DNA of 63,635 bases, counting the filler, from Reclinomonas americana ATCC 50394 (Eukaryota): the NCBI GenBank assembly GCA_048213135.1. It is 15 parts of 14 records of this genome, joined end to end, with 100 filler letters (N's around TTAATTAATTAA, not from the genome) between each part and the next. Parts side by side here need not be neighbours in the genome. Positions count along the whole stretch, not along the records: positions 1 to 2,555 come from AFZH01016563.1; positions 2,656 to 5,339 come from AFZH01016565.1; positions 5,440 to 13,955 come from PS016053.1; 12 more parts are not named here. One strand, written 5' to 3'. Below the pieces are notes generated by a model. That model was not told the origin of the DNA, searched no databases, and was given only the letters and a program-made list of their open reading frames with translations. The translations under genes were made by a program, and so were the position numbers. Each line of letters opens with the position of its first letter. Within the stretch, counting starts at the first letter, position 1. Of this stretch, positions 1 to 13,239 are shown piece after piece.

Positions 1-430
1 GTTGCTCTGCACGGCGTAGCTCCGCCTGTTGCTCTGCACGGCGTGCTCCGCCTGTTGCTCTGCTCGGCGTGCTCCGCTTGTTGCTCTGGCACGGTGTGCA
101 CCACTTGTTGCTCTGCACGGCGTGCTCCGCCTGTTGCTCTGCACGGCGTGCTCCGCCTGTTGCTCTGCACGGCGTGCTCCGCCTGTTGCTCTGCACGGCG
201 TGCTCCGCCTGTTGCTCTGCACGGCGTGCTCCGCTTGTTGCTCTGCACGGCGTGCTCCGCTTGTTGCTCTGCACGGCGTGCTCCGCTTGTTGCTCTGCAC
301 GGCGTGCTCCGCTTGTTGCTCTGAACGTCGCGTTTCGCTTGTTGCTCTGCACGGCGTGCTCCGCTTGTTGCTCTGCACGGCGTGCTCCGCTTGTTGCTCT
401 GCACGGCGTGCTCCGCTTGTTGCTCTGCAC
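1..430. repeat. 26-bp minisatellite (GTTGCTCTGCACGGCGTGCTCCGC[C/T]T), about 16 copies, intronic
   Basis: Directly visible head-to-tail near-identical units with no spacers. Lies upstream of the acceptor at 514, so it is probably inside an intron of the phospholipase B-like gene. Confidence 0.95.
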
Positions 431-514
431 ATTGTGCATCGCCGTAGCTTCACCTGTCCCTTTGCTTTTTCTCTCTTGTATCTGCTTGCGCTTACCGTGC
501 GTGCTCTCTTACAG

Positions 515-828
515 TTCACGAGCATGGCCGCGATCAAGTTTGGTGCCAGTCACGCCGTTGCTGGTGCGTTTCATCACAGCGTCCCTTATAATCTCACCAC
601 GGCCACTCACACTGTGCACTTGCGCGCGCGCGCCATGCTGTAGGACCGACGACGCAAAACCAGCCGCCCTTCTCCTTTTCTGGCGATTTCAGCTCTGTGG
701 GCCACTCCGGTCTGCCAGTGACGTGGAATTTCGACTGGCAGGTGTTCCAGCCGTCGCAGGTGCGCCCTCGTCGCACCGCCACCTCGACTCTGTTGTCGCA
801 GCAGGTGGAGGAAGACGAGCAAAAATAG
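515..828 (+). CDS. Phospholipase B-like (PLBD/LAMA family) protein, 3' exons only
   Basis: Exons 515-563 and 644-828 splice (GT-AG) to FTSMAAIKFGASHAVAGPTTQNQPPFSFSGDFSSVGHSGLPVTWNFDWQVFQP...*. This matches the PLBD C-terminal pattern AxxGPT..PPF.W....H.G.P..W.F. Confidence 0.75.
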
Positions 829-884
829 GGTGCATCAAATTTACCACCTTCGCTCGCTCTCTCTCTCTCTCTCTTGCGAACGTT

Positions 885-2167
885 TCACTTGGGCGTCGCA
901 TGCGCTCGCGCCGGGCTGCGCGAGTCGAAGAACGCCAGCGCCCACACGACCACGAGGGCCAGCACAGCGGCGTAGCGGCCCATTTCGCCACCGCACGGCA
1001 CGTAGCCGAGCAATATCGCACTGGCCACCGTCGCCAGCGCCAGCGGCCAGGTGACGAAGAAGCCAAACATGCCGTGCGCCTTGAACAGCTCGGCACTGCT
1101 CGATGATTGAGTGCCGTGCAGCAACAACGAAGAAAAAGAGTAACACTCACCGCGGCGTCGGCAGCGTCGCGTTGAAGCGCCACGCGGGGTACTGCACGGC
1201 CATGCCAAAGTAGAACTCGCTGGCCGCCAACAGGAGGACGGCCACACCGAACCAGCTGTGCCAGGTGGTGAAGTGGTTGCGGCCGTTGATGGACTTGTTG
1301 AAGAAGATGGCACCAAAGCCGAGGATGCCGCACACCAGACCGACGGTTTGCAGCAGCTGGTGCAGGCGCATGCGCGGCATGTCGAGCTGCGGAACGAGTC
1401 GAGCAGGCGAGTAGCTGCGCGAGAAGGCCAAGATGGCCTCACTCATGCAGATGAGGAACTGTGAGGAGACAAGGAAGAGACAGGTGAGGGATTGACGAAT
1501 GAGACAACAGGCACAGCGGCGACGGCACACCGAAATGCTGCGCGGCGGAGTGAGTAAGAGAAGCGAGAGTGAATGAGCGTGCGCATGGACGTGTCGCTTA
1601 CCTCATGAGCAGCGGGTGGAACGGGTAGAGGGCGACAGGGACGCCAGACTGCAGCACAATCACCACCGAGACGAGCACGAGGAGGAGGTGCGGGAGGATG
1701 GTGAGGGGCCCGGCGGGCGCGGCATTGGAGGAGGAAGAGGAGGAGGAGGGGGTGGCCTCGGGGTTCTGGATGTGGAGGGGAAGGGAGGTGAGGGATAGCA
1801 AGGGAAAGGTGGGAGAAGAGAGAGGTGAAAGAGGAGACCTGAAGGAAGGTGAGGGGGAGATATTGTGAAGAGCTGGGTGAGAGGCAGGTGAGGAAGTGAG
1901 CAAAGGAGTGGTGAGAGATAGCCGCTGGAACAGGGAAGAAGAGGAGGAAGGGGAGAAGAGAGGGGCAGGAGAGCTGAATGATGGACATGTGAGTCAAGGT
2001 GAGAAGTGAGGTGAGCGAAGGGGGTTCTTGAGACAGAGAAAGACAAGGAAACAAAGTCATGCATATTTGTCGGGAAAATGCAACTCATGTCTGAGTGCAA
2101 CACACACTCTCTCACACTCTCACTCTCTCACTCGCACACACACAAAACGCAACTTCCGTCTTCTTCA
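885..2167 (-). CDS. Cytochrome b561 domain protein (CYB561D-like), multi-exon, start codon uncertain
   Basis: Exons 1765-1602, 1537-1531 (7 nt), 1458-1151 and ~1097-885, with a probable 14-nt exon at 2167-2154. They give FHPLLMSISFLICMSEAIL, RMRLHQLLQ, NHFTTWHSWFG and KAHGMFG, the four heme-ligand His motifs of b561. Confidence 0.85.
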
Positions 2168-2251
2168 CTGCACACAAACAACACAATCTCCCACTTGTCA
2201 GTTTGCAAGTCAAAGAGAGAGCGGAAAAAGTGCATTGAGTGTGCACAGTGT

Positions 2252-2298
<47 letters not shown>

Positions 2299-2379
2299 AA
2301 GTGAGAGGAGAGTGAGAGGAGAGTGAGAGAGAAAACAAAAAATACTGACAAAGATCAAGCGGAAACAGTGACAGAAAGA

Positions 2380-2426
<47 letters not shown>

Positions 2427-2555
2427 TGTGTGTAGAAGAGAGACGACGCTACGTGTCGTTTCGTTCGGTGCGCGACGTAACGTTGGTCGGTCGTTGGTAC
2501 GACGTCTAGTTCGTTCGCGGTGGACGGACTGTGTCGTTTGGTTTCGGAGTGTTGC

Positions 2556-2656
2556 NNNNNNNNNNNNNNNNNNNNNNNNNNNNNNNNNNNNNNNNNNNNT
2601 TAATTAATTAANNNNNNNNNNNNNNNNNNNNNNNNNNNNNNNNNNNNNNNNNNNNG
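2556..2656. other. Artificial scaffold linker N-TTAATTAATTAA-N (recurs at many gaps in the window)
   Basis: An identical palindromic 12-mer with stops in all frames, embedded in N runs, e.g. 2600, 5384, 14000, 15673, 17338, 26033, 32129, 40417. Confidence 0.97.
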
Positions 2657-2869
2657 GCGCTGCATGTCTGCGCATGCCTTTCATCACAGAGAGTGAGTGA
2701 GTGAGAGAATGGCAGAGCAATGACAAGATGCTTGTTTCTCTCATGTCTTTGTCACTCACTCTCCTCTCTTCTCACGCACTCTGCAACAAACGAGCATCCT
2801 TGTTTGCCTCTCTCTCTCTCTCGCTCTCTCTCTGTGAAAGCTTGAGTATTCTTTGACTGCAGTCATAGC

Positions 2870-3410
2870 TGCACCCATATTGCAGTTTCTCTCACATATG
2901 CATGTTTTTCCTCCTAAAAGAGTGTGGGGCAAGTGAACTTATGAGCGTAGAATTGTTTGCCTGCACTCACCACGGCCTGTATCCTCCCTTCTTCTCGTCT
3001 CGTGCACTCGCATTGCAGTATTGTCCTTCACCTCTCTCACGTATCTATGTTTTCTTCGTTTTCGCGCCCTCCTGCAGGAGTGTGTGGGGAGAGTGAACTG
3101 ATGAGCGTAGAATTGTTTGACTGCAAGCACCACGGCCTGCATTTCCATTCTCTTCTCCGTCTCCTCCACCCCATATTGCATTATATGCAGTGTTTTTCCA
3201 TTTTCTGAACGATATGAGAGTGAGTGTCGTTTCCTGCAAGCACCACGGCCTGTATCTCCCTTCTCTTCTCCGTCTCCTCCACCCATATTGCAGTTTTTCT
3301 CTCCCATATGCATGTTTCCTCCTGAAAGAGTGGGTCAGTGGGCGAAGTTTTGTTGCCTGCACTTCTCTTTTCTGTCTCCTCCACCCCATATTGCACTTCC
3401 TCCTGAAAGA
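2870..3410. repeat. Imperfect local tandem/dispersed repeats (CACCCCATATTGCA..., CACCACGGCCTG...)
   Basis: Re-used blocks such as GTGAACT(T/G)ATGAGCGTAGAATTGTTTG and TCTCCTCCACCCCATATTGCA occur 2-4 times. Confidence 0.7.
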
Positions 3411-3653
3411 ATGTGCGAGAGAGTGAGCCAACGAGCAATAGTCGTACTGATTGGCCGCCGTCACGTTTTCTGTCTCCTGTGTCTCTTCTTGCAAGTCCTA
3501 ATTTCATATTGTGTTTCTTACCCTCCTGCCAGTGAATGTCGAATTGTTTGGCCGCAGTCATCACTCCCCCTTTTTTGCTTCCCTCCTCTCTCTTCTCTTC
3601 TCCTTTCTTTCCATCCATCTCACGTGCATGCTGTTTTCCCTCCATTTCCACAG

Positions 3654-4585
3654 CCCCACGTGCACGACCACACATGTCGTCACGAGCATCCATCACCTCA
3701 CAAGCCCGCCGACTCGCGACCGTCAACCTCACTGGCGCTCTTTATCGCGATGGTTCTCGCGGTGGTGGCCGTGATCGCGGCCGTCTCATATTCTACCAAG
3801 GTGTTGCCGGCGGCCAAGGACGTGGCGAGTGCTCGTGGCGGCGTGTCGGAGGAGGCCATTCGCGCGACGATTACGGAGATTGTCGAGCGGTTTGGTGTTC
3901 GTTGCGTGGCGGCGATTGGGGAAGGAGGGGATGAGAGTGAGAGACTCACACTCGTTGCAGGTCTTGCCGGCACCGAAGTGAACGACGTGCACACGGCGAA
4001 CTATGTGATGGACAGAGTGCAGGAGATTGCAGTTGGGTACTTGCTCGTTTTGACGACTGTATCTGCATCGCCTTGTCTGCATTTACTTCGTCCTCATTCG
4101 CCCGCATCTATCATATCGATATTCTTCTCCTCTCTCCTGAGCCACCAATCTCGTTCCCATTGCGGCACCACACATTCGCCGTGCTCACATTCCTCGCTCG
4201 TTGAGTTGTCGCCCATTTCCGACTCATTTGCCCGCTGCAGTCACTCTCCTTCTTCCTCTCCTCTCTCTCTCGCCAGTCACCCACTCTTTCTCTCTCTCTC
4301 CCCCCGTTTCTCTCTTTTTTGCAATATCTCTCTGTCTCTCGCCACTCACACTCTCGCCACTCACACTCTCGCCACTCACTCTGTCACCACTCACTCTCTC
4401 ACCAGTCGCTCTCTCGCATATTCATTCTCTCACCCCCACTTCTCATCGTCATCTTCTTCTTATTCTTCTCTCTCTCTGTCTCCCTTCTTGTCTCTCTCTC
4501 TCTCTCTCTCACTCTCTCTTTCATTATCTCTCTATGTTTCTCTGCCAGTCGCTCTGTCGCACATCCGATCTCTCTCTCTCTGTCT

Positions 4586-4623
<38 letters not shown>

Positions 4624-5584
4624 ATTATCTCTCTGTGTCTCTTTGCCAGTTGCTCTCTCTATCACTTCCCTCTTTCCTCTTCTCACTCTTTCTCTCTCCC
4701 TCCCCCCCCTCTCCCTGCTCCCATTCTCTTCCCTTGTCCGCGCTCTGTTCATGCCCCTGATCTCCCTCCCCCCTTCACCAGCAACACGCCAGCCGCGACC
4801 TCGTCGTCGAGACCGACATCTCGCACCCCAGCGGCGACTACTCACTGCAACGCGTCATCACCATGGGCTTCGCCTACTCCAACATCACCAACGTGGCCAT
4901 GCGCGTGCGTGCCGCCGACGCCACAGGCGAACCGCAGCATTGCGTGCTGCTGGCCACGCACTTTGACACGTTTTTCAATTCCGTCGGAGCCGCCGACTGC
5001 ACCTCGTGTGTTGCGCTCATCCTCGACGTCATGCGGGTGCTCACACAGCCGGGAAATGCGGTCAGTTTGTCTATGTGTGCAGCTCGTTTGTCGTCGGTAT
5101 TGATGCTCTCTCTCTTCTCTCTCACTCTCTTTCTGTGTAGCTCTCCCTCCCTTCCTCTTTCTATGTGTGTCTCTGCTTCATCGTCCGCGGTGATTATGCT
5201 CTCTCTTCTCTCACTCCGTCCTCCCTCCCTCCTTCTGTGTGTGTGTGTCTGATGCTCTCTCTCACTCTCCGTGTGTGTTTGTTTGTTTTATTGTCGTCGG
5301 CATGTATACTCTCTCTCCATGTGAAGGGTCAGTGACTCGNNNNNNNNNNNNNNNNNNNNNNNNNNNNNNNNNNNNNNNNNNNNTTAATTAATTAANNNNN
5401 NNNNNNNNNNNNNNNNNNNNNNNNNNNNNNNNNNNNNNNCTCCGTCCTCCTCCCTCCTTCTGTGTGTGTGTGTCTGTATGTCTCTCTCTCTCTCTCGTCG
5501 TGTGTTTGTTTGTTTTAGTTTGTTCGTCGGTCGATGTATACTCTCTCTCCTACTGTGTAAGGGTACGTAGTGTACTCGTACGTT

Positions 5585-5644
<60 letters not shown>

Positions 5645-8600
5645 TCCCTCTTTCAGGCGTCATTCTGTGTCTCACCCTGTCCCTGAATATTGTTCTCAAC
5701 ATTTCCACCCAATTCTGCTCGACCGTCGTAGTTCTTCCCTTCCTGTTGTTCACCCCCTTTTCCCAATCACAGCACATGCTCACCCGCGACAAGGACGCCT
5801 GTGTCGTGGCGCTCTTCAACGGCGCCGAAGAATTCACCCTCATGGGCGCGCACGGCTTCACGCAGCACCCATGGGTGAAGAGGTTTGGGACTACGACCAG
5901 CTTTGAATTTCCTTCTCCACCCCATCACCCTTCGCCCTTCTCGACGATTCCTCGTCCTCCCACTCTCTTTGTTTCCTCTCTGCTTTCCATCGACGATTAT
6001 TCGTCCACTCCCCCGTCTTGCTGTCGCCTCATCCTCACTCTCATCCTTCTTTCGTCCGCCTTTCCTCTACGTCTTCCGTCGACGATTCTTTGTCCTTCCC
6101 CCTCCGTGGAGCCGACTTCTTCCTCGGTCTTCATCTTCTCCTTTTCTCCTTGCTTCCCTCCTTTCCATCAACATTTTTTTGTCCACTCCCTGTCTTTGTG
6201 CTCTCTCCATTTTTTGTCTTCCTCCTTTCCTCTCCGTCTTCCGTCTGACAATTCTTTGTGTCTCTTCGACCTCCCTCCCACTGTCTCCCTTCCTCTTTCT
6301 TTCTCTCTCCACTTCTGTTCTTCCCCGTGCGTGGAGCCCGCCTCCTTCTCCTTCTCCAGTTTTCTCCCTTCCTCCTTTTCCTCTCTCCTTTCCGTCGAGG
6401 ATTCCTTGTCCTCGCCTCCTGCCTAGATGTCTCCTCGACCTCCCTCCCGCTGTCTCCCTTCCTCTTTCTTTCTCTCTCCACTTCTGTTCTTCATTGTATG
6501 GAGCCCGCCTTTTCTCCTTCTCCAGTTTTCTCCCTTCCTCATTTTCCTCTCTTCTTTCCGGCGACGACTCCTCGGGCTCCCACGGTGTCTGGATGACGCG
6601 TCTTCCTCCTTCCTCCTTTTCTCTCCCCTTTCAGTCGACGACTCCTCGTCCTGCCCTCCTGCCTGGATATCCCCTCTTCCTCATTCCCCCTCTTCATCTT
6701 CCACCGTCAAACTCACATTGTCGTGCTCACGCAGCGGCGCGCTGAAGTATGTCATCAACATTGAGGTCTGCTCTCTGGATATATTTCCAGCTTAATTCGC
6801 AGTCCTCTCACACTCGCAATTGTCTGTAGTCTGCGGGAAGCACCGGCATGCCAAGTACGTCATTCTCGTTCCAGCAAGCTACAATGATCTCGCTCATCTC
6901 ACTCCTTTCTCTCTCCTGTCCCTCATCTTTAACCCATTCTCTTCCTTTTTCACTGTTCATGCTCTGTCTACCATCGCCGTTTTCCCCCTCTCTCCTGGTC
7001 TCTCTCTGCCTCCGTCTTCCCCTCCCCCTCTTTATCCTCCACCTGTCACCTCTCATTTATGTTCCCGCTCTTTCTCTTCTTATCCTCTTGCTCCCTCTGC
7101 TCCTTCCTTCCTATTTTCTGTCTCTCTCCCACTCCCTGCCACTCTCCCCCTTCCCCTTCCCCTTCCCTTCCCCTTCCCTTCCCCTTCCCTTCCCCTTCCC
7201 TTCCCCTTCACCTTCCCCCTTCCCCTTCCCCCTTCACCTTCCCCTTCCCTTCACCCCCTTTACCCTCCCCCTTTCCCTTCCTTCCCTTCCCTTCCCCTCC
7301 CCTTCCCCCTCCCCCGCACAGTCCTCTTCCAAACAAGTTCCGGCAACAACCAGCTCATGCGCATCTTTGCCAAATGGGCGCCCTATCCGTTCGCCGATGT
7401 CATTGTTGCGTGAGATGAGATCAGCGGCAGGCACTCCTGCTGTCGTTGACTGTCCTCACTCTTTTTATTCCGCAGGGAGATGATGTTTTCAAAAAGGCCA
7501 AAGTCGTCGCCTCTGACACTGACTTTCGCATTTTCCGCGACTATGCCGGCATGCAGGGCTTTGATTTTGCCTACTATGATGATTCGTTGCGTGCAGTCAT
7601 GCATTCTCTTGTCTTTCTTCGTCCTTGTGACGTCTCCCGCTTCATTTCCAGTCAATTCTACCACACGGAGCGCGATCAGCTGTGCCACATCAGCCCTGGC
7701 ACCCTTCAAATGTACGGCGAAAACACACTCGCGCTTGCCGAAGGCATCCTTGAGCACATGTGGCGTCCGCCGGTGGAAGACGAGGTATAATGGCTCCCTC
7801 CCCCCCTTTGCGAGAATCTCCTTTCTAACATCCCATGTCTGTGGTAGGGTGCTGCCACCGATGCTGTGTACATGACTGTGTTTGCCCGCATGCTGGTCGT
7901 GGTCACCACCGACACGCTGCGAACGATTCAGTTCACCATTGTGCTGCTCACTGCGGCGTGTTTGGTCTTCAAGTGTCGCACGCCGGGCTTCTTGCGCAGC
8001 CTCATTGGCGCCCTGGTAAGTGCGAAAAGAAGTGTCGTGGCTTCCATTGGACTCACATTCTTGTCGTCCAGTTCACGGCGCAGTCGGGCATGTTTCTGAG
8101 CGCCATTGGCGCAGCGACGCTGTCGACTCTGGTCACGCACCTGCTGCATGCGCGCATGAGTTACTACTCTTCGTCGTTGCTTGGCGTGGCACTCTACGGC
8201 TCGTGTTCCGCTCTCTTTTTCCTGCTGCCGTTTGCCAGTCGGGTGCGACCTCCTTACTCCCTCTGTGCATCGACTGTTGTTTGCTGACTTGCATGTCGCA
8301 GATCGCCGCCGCGCTGCTGCCGTCGCTGGCCACCAGCTTTGGTGTATTCAACCTGGTATCGGTGTGGACCGGACGTCTTGCGGCGCGTAGTGAGTTTGGC
8401 GCCTTGTTCTCGAGCACCATAGCCGTTACTGCGCTGGCTGCCTTCATGGCGCTCGCGGCGGGTGGCACTCTCTTTTGGTGGCTGGCATTCCGGTCCGTCG
8501 CAGTAGTTGTATATCCACGTTCCTTCTCCTGTTGCTCACTCACTGCATTGTGGGTGCGCGTCACAGACGAAAGCAGCGCACCGAAGTGGAGGTCAACGGC

Positions 8601-10296
8601 GCTGTCGAGTACGCCGCGCAGCTCACCATTCTTCTGCTCATGGGACTTTTGATGACGAGTTGCGCGCATTGAGTTTTCGACTCGTCAGGGGATAAGTGAC
8701 TCACAGCTTGGCAGAGGGATTCGGCATCTCGTACGTGTACGCCTTTTGTGCTGCAACGGGACTTGTCGGTTGCTTGCTGGCCGACGCACGCAAGTGTTGC
8801 GTCCTCTCACCCACGCACACACAAATTTGTCAAACATAATACTCAATGGTTCAGTCGTCACAAAGCCTGGCAATTGTTTTTGAAGTTGGTTCTTCTCGGC
8901 TTGCCGGCGATTGCTTGTGTAGCGCTGGTGACGCGTTGCATCATTCTGTTGGTGATGGAGCAAACGGGACGGCTGGGATTCGTCGACGGTGACTTGTATG
9001 TGGCGCTGACGGCGTCGTTCTTTACCATTTCGATTTTGTTGCCGGTGGTGGGCGTTTTGCGGGCCGCGGGGCATGTTGCGTGGGGAGAGGGAAAGGGGCG
9101 ATAAGGGGAAGGAGTGGTAAGGGGAAGGGGCGATGAGGGGAAGGTGGATGGGGGAAAATGGTGATAACGGGAAGGGGTGGGTAGGGGAAAGGGGTGGTTA
9201 AGGAAGGGGTGGTAAGGGGAAGGGAGATGAGGGGAAGGGGTGGTAAGGGGAAGGGGGATGAGGGGAAAGGGGATGAGGGGAAAGGGTGATACGGAGAAGC
9301 GGCGATAAGGGAAATGGTCGGAAAGGGAAAGGGGCGATGAGTGGGAGGGGCGATGAGGGTGAAAGGGTGATGAGGGGGAGGGGCGATTAGGAGAAGGGGC
9401 GATAGACGATGGCGCAGTACACCGACAGAAGTTTTACTTGGATAGTGGAACAGCAGGGATGAGAGGATTGAGATAATGCTGAGGAGAAAGAGACAGAGAG
9501 AGAGAGAGACAGTGACAGAGAGAGAGAGAGAAATGTCAGTCTCTCTGTCTCATCAACAAGAGAAGATAATCAGTCTCTCTCTCTCATCAAGAAAGAGAAG
9601 AAAGAGAATCAGTCTCTCTCTCATAGAGAACGAGAAGAGAGAAAACCAGTCTCTCTCAGAGTGGTGCTGTTGTGAATATCTGAGGGAGATGGAGGAGAGG
9701 GAGAAGGGAGAGGGGGAGGGAGGGAGCACGAGTGAGAAGCGGAAGAGAAGAGTGAGTAGACTGAGTAGAGTGAGTGCGTGTGTATGTGAGTGAGTGAGAG
9801 AGAGAGAGAAAGACAGGGAGAGTTTGTGAGTGAGTTAATGAGTGAGTGAGAATGTGCTGTGAACGAGCGCGCGTGTAAGGGGGAGTGAGAGATTGAGTGG
9901 TTGCGTGTGAGAGAGTGTGTGCGTGTGAGAGAGAATGAGTGGTTCCGAGAGAAAGAGTGAGAGGAGATAGCGACGGGTATATAGATGCAACAACGAGCAG
10001 TTGACTACAGTGTGTGCCAAGCCGCGTAGGCGATAAGTCCTTATGCGAGTGACACAGTCAAGGGAGAGAGCAACGAGACGATCAAAGCATAGTTTCAAGT
10101 TTGTGATTTTCTTAGGATCTCATCACAACCCCTCCATGCAGCTCCGCAAATTCTGCCTGATACTTGCCGTGGTCTTGCTGGTGTCTTGCGTGGCCTGCAC
10201 ACTCGTGCATCCGTTCTCGTTCAACGCTCCCAAGCGACTCATCCTCGTTCACCACACATTGTTGCGTGCACCTGTGCTTTGTTCACTTTCTTCTCG

Positions 10297-10327
<31 letters not shown>

Positions 10328-12717
10328 GGTAACCAGCGGCGACATGACTGACGGCACGGGCGAGGCGAAGAACGTGAGCTCGCGATACATGATGGGCTGG
10401 TTCGATCGCACTTCGTTGCCGCGGCCGATTGCCGAGGCAGTGGCCGGCAAGAAGCACGTATCGTCACTGGCTTTGCGACCGGCTCCTGGATTGGACGCTC
10501 CGCCGTTTCAATCGATTTACTACTGGAACAGACCGTTGTCGTCGGTGTATGAGTGGGGATTGGAGATGCATGAGGACGGCAAATTGCCGGCGGTGCATCC
10601 GTCGCTCACAGTTGTTGAGGATCGAGTGACTGAGGTGTGGCTGGGGAAAGGGGACGGGGTTTGCACTTGCGTTGATCGTTTTTTGCAAGGCTGGTCACTC
10701 TTTGGCAAGTTGTGATGCAATATCTGTTAGTTATCTTCTTTTATTCGGAGTTTCTTGATAGGAATTGTTTGCCTGGCAGTTGACAGTTGTCCCTGTTTAT
10801 TGCACACGAAGCTTAGGGTCTTGTTTGTTGCCTTCTCTGCCGTTCACTCTTTATGTGTGTACTCGGATGCTGCAAGTACCATTCATCTTGCGTGGCCCAT
10901 TGCCCTTGTTTGTTGCCGTCGTTTGCCAGTTGCTTGCAGTCTCGTTCTCTATTGTTCTCTTCGTTCTCTCTCGTTCTCTTCGTTCTCTCTCGTTTTTTAT
11001 CGTTCTCTATTTTTCTCTTCGTTCTCTCTCGTTCTCTTCGTTCTCTCNNNNNNNNNNNNNNNNNNNNNNNNNNNNNNNNNNNNNNNNNNNNNNNNNNNNN
11101 NNNNNNNNNNNNNNNNNNNNNNNNNNNNNNNNNNNNNNNNNNNNNNNNNNNNNNNNNNNNNNNNNNNNNNNNNNNNNNNNNNNNNNNNNNNNNNNNNNNN
11201 NNNNNNNNNNNNNNNNNNNNNNNNNNNNNNNNNNNNNNNNNNNNNNNNNNNNNNNNNNNNNNNNNNNNNNNNNNNNNNNNNNNNNNNNNNNNNNNNNNNN
11301 NNNNNNNNNNNNNNNNNNNNNNNNNNNNNNNNNNNNNNNNNNNNNNNNNNNNNNNNNNNNNNNNNNNNNNNNNNNNNNNNNNNNNNNNNNNNNNNNNNNN
11401 NNNNNNNNNNNNNNNNNNNNNNNNNNNNNNNNNNNNNNNNNNNNNNNNNNNNNNNNNNNNNNNNNNNNNNNNNNNNNNNNNNNNNNNNNNNNNNNNNNNN
11501 NNNNNNNNNNNNNNNNNNNNNNNNNNNNNNNNNNNNNNNNNNNNNNNNNNNNNNNNNNNNNNNNNNNNNNNNNNNNNNNNNNNNNNNNNNNNNNNNNNNN
11601 NNNNNNNNNNNNNNNNNNNNNNNNNNNNNNNNNNNNNNNNNNNNNNNNNNNNNNNNNNNNNNNNNNNNNNNNNNNNNNNNNNNNNNNNNNNNNNNNNNNN
11701 NNNNNNNNNNNNNNNNNNNNNNNNNNNNNNNNNNNNNNNNNNNNNNNNNNNNNNNNNNNNNNNNNNNNNNNNNNNNNNNNNNNNNNNNNNNNNNNNNNNN
11801 NNNNNNNNNNNNNNNNNNNNNNNNNNNNNNNNNNNNNNNNNNNNNNNNNNNNNNNNNNNNNNNNNNNNNNNNNNNNNNNNNNNNNNNNNNNNNNNNNNNN
11901 NNNNNNNNNNNNNNNNNNNNNNNNNNNNNNNNNNNNNNNNNNNNNNNNNNNNNNNNNNNNNNNNNNNNNNNNNNNNNNNNNNNNNNCTCTTCTCTCTCGT
12001 TATCTCTCTTTCTCTCTCATTCTCTCTCTTCCTTTCTGTCTCTCTCTCATTCTCCCGTACTCTCTCTCTCTCCTCTCTTCGCCTTCTCCCTGTTTCGTTC
12101 TCTCTCCCTCTCTCTCTCCCTCCCTCTCCACACCACGATTTACTATGTTTGCCTCACAGGAGGGCTACCGAAGAATAACACTGGAAATGGATCGCGGCGA
12201 TCGGGCATCGTCGGGCTCTGTGCGCGTGCAGGGTCACGTGCATGACTGGAGTCTTTCGGACGGTCCGCTGACGGACCTCATGCGTGCTGCCGATAAGGAG
12301 GGGCGTGAATTCAGCGCTGTTGTGCGGCATTCGGGTGCTGGTCATCGGTGAGGGTTGTAGATCTAGAGATGAAGAGCGCGCTTGAAGCTTGGATAGAGAA
12401 ACCAACTCAACAATCCTTCGGAAGAAGGACAGCAGAACCTGGCCGTGCAATACGTTAGAGAATCCAGCCTCACTGAGTGCATATTACCTATCTCTTGCAC
12501 AAGCTGTGAGGATATGCTCTTCGTGTTCTCACTCTCTCTGTGCCTCAGCTGGCAGTTCTGGGTGGAGCTGCGCGGCGGCGCCGACGCCAAGCTGCAGGCT
12601 ACGGTGGCGGTGGCATACTTTGACGCCGGCGCAGAGATGCAGGTGCATGCATCGAGTTTGCCCGACTGGACCACGCAGTTTAACTTCCGTGAGGTTGCGC
12701 TTTCGTATCAGTTCTGA
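3654..12717 (+). CDS. ERMP1/FXNA-like M28 metallopeptidase with multi-TM region, about 17 exons, 5' end not seen
   Basis: Spliced motifs: N-terminal TM, FGVRLAGT, YSNITNV, LLATHFDT..GAAD, LFNGAEEFTLMGAHGF..HPW, VINIESAG, PFADVIGDDVF, SDTDFRIFRDY, GFDFAYY..QFYHT. These are followed by several TM helices and PFSFNAPKRL. Stop at 12717. Confidence 0.9.
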
Positions 12718-13239
12718 TCCAGGAGATGACTTGCAAAAAGTTTGCGGGAGACGAGTAAATCTATGAATCCTCTTTTCACGGCCTGCGATGGCCCAGAATT
12801 CTTATGCGGCGAATCAATGTCGGACTCAAGGTTTCCTCTCACCAAACTCAAATCTTCAATCCCGACGTGCAGTCACCACTCGTCGCACACGCCGTCTACC
12901 ACGCCACTCTTCGGCACGCACTGCTTTGTCGACGAAGTGAACTCCCACGAGCCGCGCATGCATGCGGTCCGTCAGATCGCCGCGGCAAACCACATTTAGT
13001 CGATCAAGAACACTGCGAAACTCAACACAACGAGCTACAACTCCATTCTGCATCGCTGAGCAAACCGAGCTGCGTGCCGCAGTATGGTGCCGCCACATTT
13101 GAGTGCATCTGCGCAGCTCAAATCCTACATCCACACAGATCAGCTGACACACAATCGTCGAGGCGTCCTCGTTCACGTATTCTGGAGACTTCAATCGTAT
13201 AATTATCACACACACACAAAAGCTCACAGCGCGGCAAAC

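Noticed and set aside
1..430. 26-bp repeat as a CRISPR array or repeat-protein ORFs (29-643, 69-1106)
   Set aside because: There are no unique spacers or cas genes and the context is eukaryotic. The ORFs stay open only because the unit lacks stop codons.
2600..2611. Recurring TTAATTAATTAA palindrome as a biological element
   Set aside because: It is always embedded in N runs, so it is an assembly linker.
5195..5580. Near-duplicate sequence on both sides of a linker gap
   Set aside because: Most likely unmerged overlapping contig ends rather than a real duplication.
8790..8870. Possible non-AG acceptor in ERMP1
   Set aside because: Two canonical solutions keep the frame (GTGTTG..TTCAG or GTTGCG..AAAG), so no non-canonical site is needed.
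12742..13227. Short ORFs between the ERMP1 and PDK stop codons
   Set aside because: No recognisable motif or splice chain; probably convergent 3' UTRs.
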